From Eledone cirrhosa (lineage: Eukaryota): DNA of 64,000 nucleotides. The stretch's first letter is position 1, and every line of letters starts with the position of its first letter. Shown here piece by piece: positions 57,346 through 64,000 of this stretch. Where the stretch lies: the NCBI GenBank assembly GCA_964016885.1, contig OZ024741.1, positions 367,660,001 to 367,724,000 on the forward strand, read 5' to 3'. The notes under the pieces were generated by a model, which saw only the letters and a list, made by a program, of their open reading frames with translations, did not search any database and was not told the origin of the DNA. The position numbers were made by a program, and so were the translations under genes.

Positions 57346-57610
57346 AAATGAGTTAATGAACTAGTTGAATGAGTGGTTTGTTGGTCGAGCCCATGACAAA
57401 TGAATGAAGTATCTCAGTGAGTCGAAAGAATTGTTGCGGCGAAGTCTTGGCACGGTCGTTGAAACCAATAGTTGTAGTCGCTTGCTGTGGGGATGTGATA
57501 TTGCCATGGTGAAAACGATTTTCCCAAATCACATTGATATGAATTTATAAATGAACAAGATATTTTGTATGCTTTTGTTGGTTGGATGATTTACTGCCAA
57601 ATCATGTGTA

Positions 57611-58052
57611 TGTAGTGATGAACATCTTTCAATATGGTACCGTGTATGTTTGTAATGTGTTGACTTCGTGTGTGAATGTAGAATCTAGGTAGTGAATTCT
57701 ACTAAGCTTAGTTGAAGTTGGCATGCCTGACCAGAACAACCAATCACATAGGTCGAAACTGCCTGACCAGCTCTTAAGCTAGCGAGTGTCTGTCTCTGAC
57801 AGAGAGAATAACCAGGCACCGCTTTCTCTGGGTCAAAATCTTTTGTATTTATAAGGATGGCTTGCCCGAAAAGATTAAACAGGTGGCCTTTATTAATTTA
57901 CTTTTAATCAAAGGCCGTAAATATAAACGGCAACAATGTTATCTCAAACAAAGGAATTGGTGTCTAAGTTTGCCTGACTGAGGTTAAAGGCTAGTGTGTT
58001 GGTATGCGACTATTTGAGAACATGGGAACAATCTCATTGAGATTTCGCTACA
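57611..58052. mobile_element. Solo-LTR candidate
   Basis: Termini TGTAGTGA/TCGCTACA; 4-bp flanks tgta/tata. Confidence 0.55.
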
Positions 58053-58056
58053 TATA

Positions 58057-58155
58057 CAGGGTGTCCCCATAAAATGTATATACACTTTAACAGCATACTA
58101 ATAAATATTGCTTGTACAGGTAATCAAAGTGTGTATACATTTTTGGGACACCCTA
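58057..58155. mobile_element. Tc1/mariner-type MITE
   Basis: TA|cagggtgtccc...aaaatgtata.acacttt mirrored at the right end. Confidence 0.75.
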
Positions 58156-58675
58156 GACAGACATGCAAACATACAGGCAGATAGACATAGATATAGTGCG
58201 TAGTACGTGGAAGTAACAATACATCCGCAGACACATAAATAAACCTACGTACACAGGGCGATGTAGGACACACCTTATATTGATTTCAACATGTTATTGA
58301 AAGTTAACGAAATACATGGTTAAAACTTTCTCTCAAGAATGTGAAAAAAGAATGTCTTTTATTTAAAAAGATAATAGCGACTGACTGTGATTGTGTTGAC
58401 ACAAATTAATTCAATACTAGGATCGGCTTTAAACACTTCCTGCTTAAAAAATAATAATACTTAAGAAATTCTAAGGTGTGCTGTTTTGGGGAAAAATCAT
58501 TTAAATATGTTGACAACACGACAGACAATGGTTGAAAAACAAAACCTTCAGATGTCAGTTGTTTCTACTTCCGGGTATGAAGAGGTTACTTCCAACGACG
58601 TTCATTAGCGGCTTTGACGTAATAACTATAAATTCTGTTTTTGTTTTTTATTCTAGCTTATTTGTTTATATTTTA

Positions 58676-58840
58676 GAGGGTCAGACATGCTTTCCAGCAC
58701 AGTTACGTCCCTTTACGATCTGAGTTCAAATCCCGCCGAGGTTAACTTTGCCTTTCATCCTTACGGGGTCGATAAAATAAAGTACCAGTAATGTACTGGG
58801 TTATTGCTGGCCTTGTGCCAAAAGTAGAAACAATTATTTT
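58676..58840 (+). mobile_element. SINE copy
   Basis: Core and tail as at 436-619. Confidence 0.8.
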
Positions 58841-59014
58841 ACTCTCTTTTGCTAGACTGCGGCCATGCTGGGACACTGTCTTGAAGGAATTGCCTTTCTT
58901 GTCAAGCATATCGATCCAATTACTTGATTTTTTCAAGTTTGTTATTTATTATTTTTATTGATCTCTCTTTTTTGTCATAATGCTAAGTTTCTGAGGGCAT
59001 AAATAAACAGTAGG

Positions 59015-59179
<165 letters not shown>

Positions 59180-59317
59180 GTTATAAAGAGTCGGGAACCC
59201 GACGGCTGAGCTGTGGCCGTTTCAACAGTTAGTTCCAGACTCTGAAACTGTATTGAGTACTCTTTTGAGTAATGGTCTAAGCAGTTTCAAACTGAATCCA
59301 TCCTGATTTATATATTG

Positions 59318-59348
<31 letters not shown>

Positions 59349-59349
<1 letters not shown>

Positions 59350-59510
59350 AAGGCGCATGGCTTAGTAGTTAGAGCGTCGGGTTTACAATCGTGAGGTTGT
59401 GAGTTCAATTCTCGGACCGGGCTTTGCGTTGTGTTCTTGAGCAAGGCACTTTATTTCACGTTGCTCCAGTTCACTCAGTTGTAGAAATGAGTTGCGACGT
59501 CATTGGTACC
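59349..59510 (+). mobile_element. tRNA-derived SINE
   Basis: A box tggcttagtag, B box gttcaattc, body gtgttcttgagcaaggcactt. Confidence 0.8.
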
Positions 59511-60474
59511 TTGGACAACATCAGGAACATGGAGAAGCGAGACTAGTATGCGTGGGCGACTGCTGGTCTTCCACAAACAACCTGACAGAAAGAGCCGGGA
59601 TTTAAACTCAAAACACATGGAACCGTATGAGAGACCACAGAGCATCCCATTCAACATTTCAACAATTCTCTGTTAATCCACCTCCCCTGGAATGGCACTT
59701 TATTTATCGACCCCAGAAGGATGACAGGCAAAGTTGACCTCAACGGGACTAGAACTCAGAGTACAGAGATCCGGAACATGTAAAGTTTAAAAAATGTAAA
59801 GTTTAAAGTCTCTCTCAAACATGAAGACTCATTAGGCTGGTGTTTATCCTAGTTTCCTTGACGTTGAGCGACTGAAAATACAAAACTCCCCCTTTGGACA
59901 AGACGCCAGTCCATCGCAGCGACAAACCCCCAGCTACTGCTGGTACTCATTTTCAGCTGAGTGTATGGAGCTATGTAAAATGAAGTGTTTTGTTCAAGAA
60001 TACAACACATAACCCTATCCTGGAATCAAACAAGGAACAAATATGAAGTTTTTTATCCTGACACCGCAAATAGCAACTAAATATTCTTTTAACCACACCC
60101 TATCCTCTTAAAATCGAAGGACACGTTGCATAATGTTCTTTAAGATACACTTCGCCTGAAAACAATACGAGTAACCACAACTGAATGGCTTTTTTTAAAT
60201 CATATGTCAGCTGAGCTTAGCAACAACAACCTCTACTACAGTCACTACTGCTGCTACTACAACTGTAACCACAGTCACTACTGCTACCACCACCACCACC
60301 ACCACCACCACTACCACTACTACTACAACAGGATGTACCTACTTTTATCACACCTTTCCTACAAGATCCGGTATCGAAAATAAGGCTTTTAATCTGTGGA
60401 GTAAATAAACCGCTGTGTACAAATAAATAAATGTTCGTATATTTTCTTTCAAAATTTTAAAACACAGTCGTCAC

Positions 60475-60875
60475 CATGCAAATAACTATAATAATAGTTA
60501 AATAAATCATTTGAGCGTTGAACAAAATGATTTGCAGCATTTGTTTCGTCTCTTTATATTCCAGGTTCAAATCCCGTCGAGGTCAACTTTGCCTTTTGTC
60601 ATTTTGGGGTCGATAAAATAAAGTATCAGTTGAAAACATAGTCGTCGCGATGCAAATAACTATAATAATAGTTAAATAAATCGTTAGAGCGTTGGACAAA
60701 ATGATTTGCAGCATTTGTTTCGTCTCTTTATATTCCGGGTTCAAATCCCGTCGAGGTCAACTTTGCCTTTTATTATTTTTGGGTCGATAAAATAAAGTAC
60801 CAGTCAAATACTGGAGTCGATATAGTCGATTTTACCCTTCTCCAAAATTGCTAGCCTTGAACATAAATTAGAAAT
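60475..60875 (+). mobile_element. Tandem duplication of a SINE plus its flank (period about 174 bp)
   Basis: atgcaaataactataataatagttaaataaatc plus SINE occurs twice. Confidence 0.8.
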
Positions 60876-61074
60876 ATTTCCAAATTTCAAATTTTGCCAA
60901 TGTATCACAAGTCAACCAATCTTGTTTATTTTCTTTTGAGTTTATTTTTCCATCTGATAATCCATATATCCGGAAGTAGATTGGTAAATAAGACATAGCT
61001 GAGCTAGTTAGTTGTTTAACTGGAAAACAACATTCGTGTAACTGTCTTCGAATCTATCAAAGCAGATTAAGGGT

Positions 61075-61290
61075 CAGTCTGTCTCGTGATTCCAGTGGAC
61101 ATGATGGAGAAGACTTTGCTCCAGAGGATGGCGAGGGAGACGCGCTGAAACAGCCACTCCAACTCGTGGGTCTCGCACATGCGGATAGCCAACCTCCGCT
61201 CCGATAGTAGTGAGTAGAGATGTGGTCCGTGAACCAAGACCGCAGGATGTCTCCACTGCTACAGGCTCGACCAAAGACATATCAGAAAGC
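61075..61290 (-). pseudogene. CRE-like RLE C-terminal remnant
   Basis: PVAVETSCGLGSRTTSLLTTIGAE...EWLFQRVSLAIL; paralog of 42232-42495. Confidence 0.65.
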
Positions 61291-61559
61291 AGCCGATAAG
61301 TAACAAAACATAAACGCACCCTGTTCTTCAGGTTATTGAGATTTTGGTTGACGTATTTAGACGAGAGGATAGTACTCAGTCACGTGATCAGATCATTGTT
61401 CAAATGGAGTGAATCTGTTTGTTATTGGGAAGAGTTCAATGTAAACAATGCTTTGTCTTGTTCCTACTTGTTGCTGTTGTTTTGTTTTCACATTGTGTTT
61501 CTGGTTGTTGTTTGTTGTTTTACTTGTTATGTATGTTGTCGCCGTCGTTGTCGTTATTG

Positions 61560-61772
61560 ACGTCCTCCTAGTTGTTGTTTTTGTTGTTGTCATCGTCGTT
61601 ATTATTGTTGATCTGGATGATGATGATGATGATCATCATCATCATCACCATCATCACCATCAACATCACTATCATCACCATCATCATCACTATCATCATC
61701 ATCATCATCATCATCGTCATCATCATATTGTTGTTGCTGGTGGTGATGATATTTTTGTTGTTGTTGTTGTTG
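61560..61772. repeat. (GTT)n/(GAT)n/(CAT)n trinucleotide cluster
   Basis: Direct reading. Confidence 0.9.
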
Positions 61773-61894
61773 AACTCGGGACGTTTTCAAGGGGTTTGGT
61801 ATGAAAAGTGTTAAACTAAGTCTTTAGTCTTTTGAACAGAGTTCAGGGTGTTATGAAACTACCGTTATATACTGTGTGCCGCATGTCAGTGTGC

Positions 61895-62052
61895 CAGACC
61901 TGCCAACCTCTAGAAACCCAAACGGGGATTACCATGAAATGATGCAAAATGGGGAGATTTTACATACCCATTTTCACAAGAGAAGACATCTCTCACCCAC
62001 ACCAAAATGGGTGGGAGATCTCCCCGCCGGACGGGGAGGGTTGACAGGTCTA
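61895..62052. mobile_element. MITE
   Basis: TIRs cagacctgccaacc/ggttgacaggtcta. Confidence 0.7.
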
Positions 62053-62211
62053 GTGCGCTGAAAGTTGAGCAAACGTAATATTATTGTTGTTGTTCAGCCG
62101 TAGGGCAACACTGACCCATCAGATCTATAATCAAATTCACTCCAGTCGAAATCGTCCAGTCTTTTTTTAAGGATAACGTATACTATGCCTGCATTATTTA
62201 ATGTATCCGTT

Positions 62212-62528
62212 TGGTAGAGCGTCGGACGACATGTTTTGTAGCATTGAGTTACGGCCCTTTGCGTTCTAATTTCAAATCCCGCCGAGGTTTGTTTTGCCTT
62301 TCATCCTTACGGGGCCGATAAAATAAAGTACCAGTAACGCACTAGGGCCGATTTAATCGACTTTACCCTCTCCTTAAAATTGTACAGATACTTTATTTTA
62401 TCGACCTCGTAAGAATGAAAGGCAAAGCTAACCTCAACAGGATTTGAACTCAGAACGTAAAGGGCCGTAACTCTATGCCGCAAAGTATGGTGTCCTACGT
62501 TCTTCCGATACTGCAATCCACCGCCCTA
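62212..62528. mobile_element. Two SINEs tail-to-tail
   Basis: Plus copy about 62212-62380, minus copy about 62385-62528. Confidence 0.75.
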
Positions 62529-63004
62529 ACACTGCCTAAATAATGGTATTGAATCTGGAAATCTGTATATAGACATTTGGTAGTCTTGTTCAAATAGAAG
62601 AAAAGGCTACCATACAAGCTCACTGCGTTCGTATGTTTGGTCGCCATCGCAGAGTTGTCTGTGTTGATCTAAGTTTCAATTATCATGATAAAAAATCTAA
62701 ATAAAGTAGTTACACACACATACATACATACATACACATACATACATACATACATACATACACATACATACATACACACACATATACACATACACACACA
62801 TACACACACACATTCATACACACATATATACATGCACACACACATATATACACACACACATACATACACACATACACACACACATACATACATACATACA
62901 TACATACATACATACATACATACACACATACATACATACATACATACATACATACATACATACATACATACATACATACATACATACATACATACATACA
63001 TACA

Positions 63005-63612
63005 TGGTGGCTGCCAACTCGTTTTCGAGTACGGCCACTACTTTATATCCATGTAGGAGAACCCCTACCGATGCGCTGAACGAGTGTGACTTTTTAGTCC
63101 AGCCAGCGACTTGAAAACTCTGGTACAAACACTACACTTGTGACCATTATTGACACATAGTGCAGGGGCCATGGTACCATGTGACGACAAGTGCAGAGAG
63201 ATCTCCAGATATAAAGCAATGCCTGTGCCGTGAAGCTTTTATAGTGAGCAAAGGCACTGCACAAAGCCAGTCCCACTCTCTTAACCAAGATGATATTTAC
63301 CAAAAAGAAGAACAAGTCAACATCATTGGATACCATCAGGGTTGCAGGTGTTATATCAGAGTTTTCCTTCTCCTAGAATTCTGCCTTGACAAAGGCTAAG
63401 GGGTCATCTCTCCCGGTCATTTTGGATGGCCATTGACTCTTAAGAGCGCTTTTGCCCTTTGACAGGTTTTGTTTTTAGTCCTGCAGGATGTCCAAAGTCA
63501 CCCTCCTCACCAAGAAACCTTGGTGGAGTTCCCAGTTTAGTCGCCAATGGCCCGACCATGAGACAGGTTGTACTGGGATACATGTTACCAGTAGCACCAA
63601 CTGGTGACCTGA
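63005..63612. mobile_element. Non-autonomous ~0.6-kb element embedded in (TACA)n
   Basis: (TACA)n on both sides; paralogs at 2766-3318 and 32146-32398. Confidence 0.8.
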
Positions 63613-63702
63613 CATACATACATACATACATACATACATACATACATACATACATACATACATACATACATACATACATACATACATACATACATACATA
63701 CA

Positions 63703-64000
63703 TCCTTGAAACGTAATCAGGGAGGTAGAGGCCTAACATCGGTCCAGACAGCATTTGAATGTGGCATCATATCCCTCCGACAACATTTACGAACCTCGAA
63801 GCGCAGGAGCCCATCTATCGAGCAAGTCTATCTGCATGAAACAGATAAGATCGTGAGAGTTGGGAAGGAAATCCTCGAGAGATATTCCCTGTGTGATAAT
63901 AAAAAACTCACACCCAAGGAAGTCACTCAGTAGTATCGCAGTGAATCCATGGATGAAAAACTGCATGCTTATCAGCAAAAAATCATGCATGGATATGTTG
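63703..64000 (+). mobile_element. 5'-truncated copy of the R4/Dong-like element (runs off the window)
   Basis: High identity to about 6486-6771 (GGRGLTSVQTAFEC...); begins directly after (CATA)n at 63613-63702. Confidence 0.92.

Noticed and set aside
59349-59422. tRNA gene
   Set aside because: A and B boxes run into a SINE body, with no cloverleaf acceptor stem or terminator.
61448-61814. Poly-His/Asp/Ile ORFs
   Set aside because: Trinucleotide repeat open in several frames on both strands; no splice or domain evidence.

Overview
AT-rich, microsatellite-dense animal DNA with no recognisable host protein-coding exon. The SINE types and the extreme (TA)n/(CA)n/(TACA)n load suggest a coleoid cephalopod, probably an octopus; this is inference. 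Most ORFs in the supplied track are microsatellite artefacts. The window is a transposon graveyard containing: (1) a near full-length, decayed R4/Dong-type RT plus restriction-like-endonuclease retrotransposon sitting in (TACA)n, with two more fragments; (2) several Helitrons, including a tandem array and an internally deleted PIF1-helicase copy; (3) many tRNA-derived SINEs, MITEs and solo LTRs; (4) a dense population of Penelope-like element (PLE) remnants whose 3' ends abut (TA)n tracts. By eye I could fold about 15 type I hammerhead ribozyme candidates, from canonical to degenerate, in these PLE ends. A covarying RCTC-loop-GAGY hairpin recurs between ribozyme and (TA)n. These insertions repeatedly form fold-back palindromes, from about 90 bp up to a nested 12.8-kb inverted duplication (20601-33373). 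All structures were read manually, coordinates are approximate to a few bases, and no searches were run.
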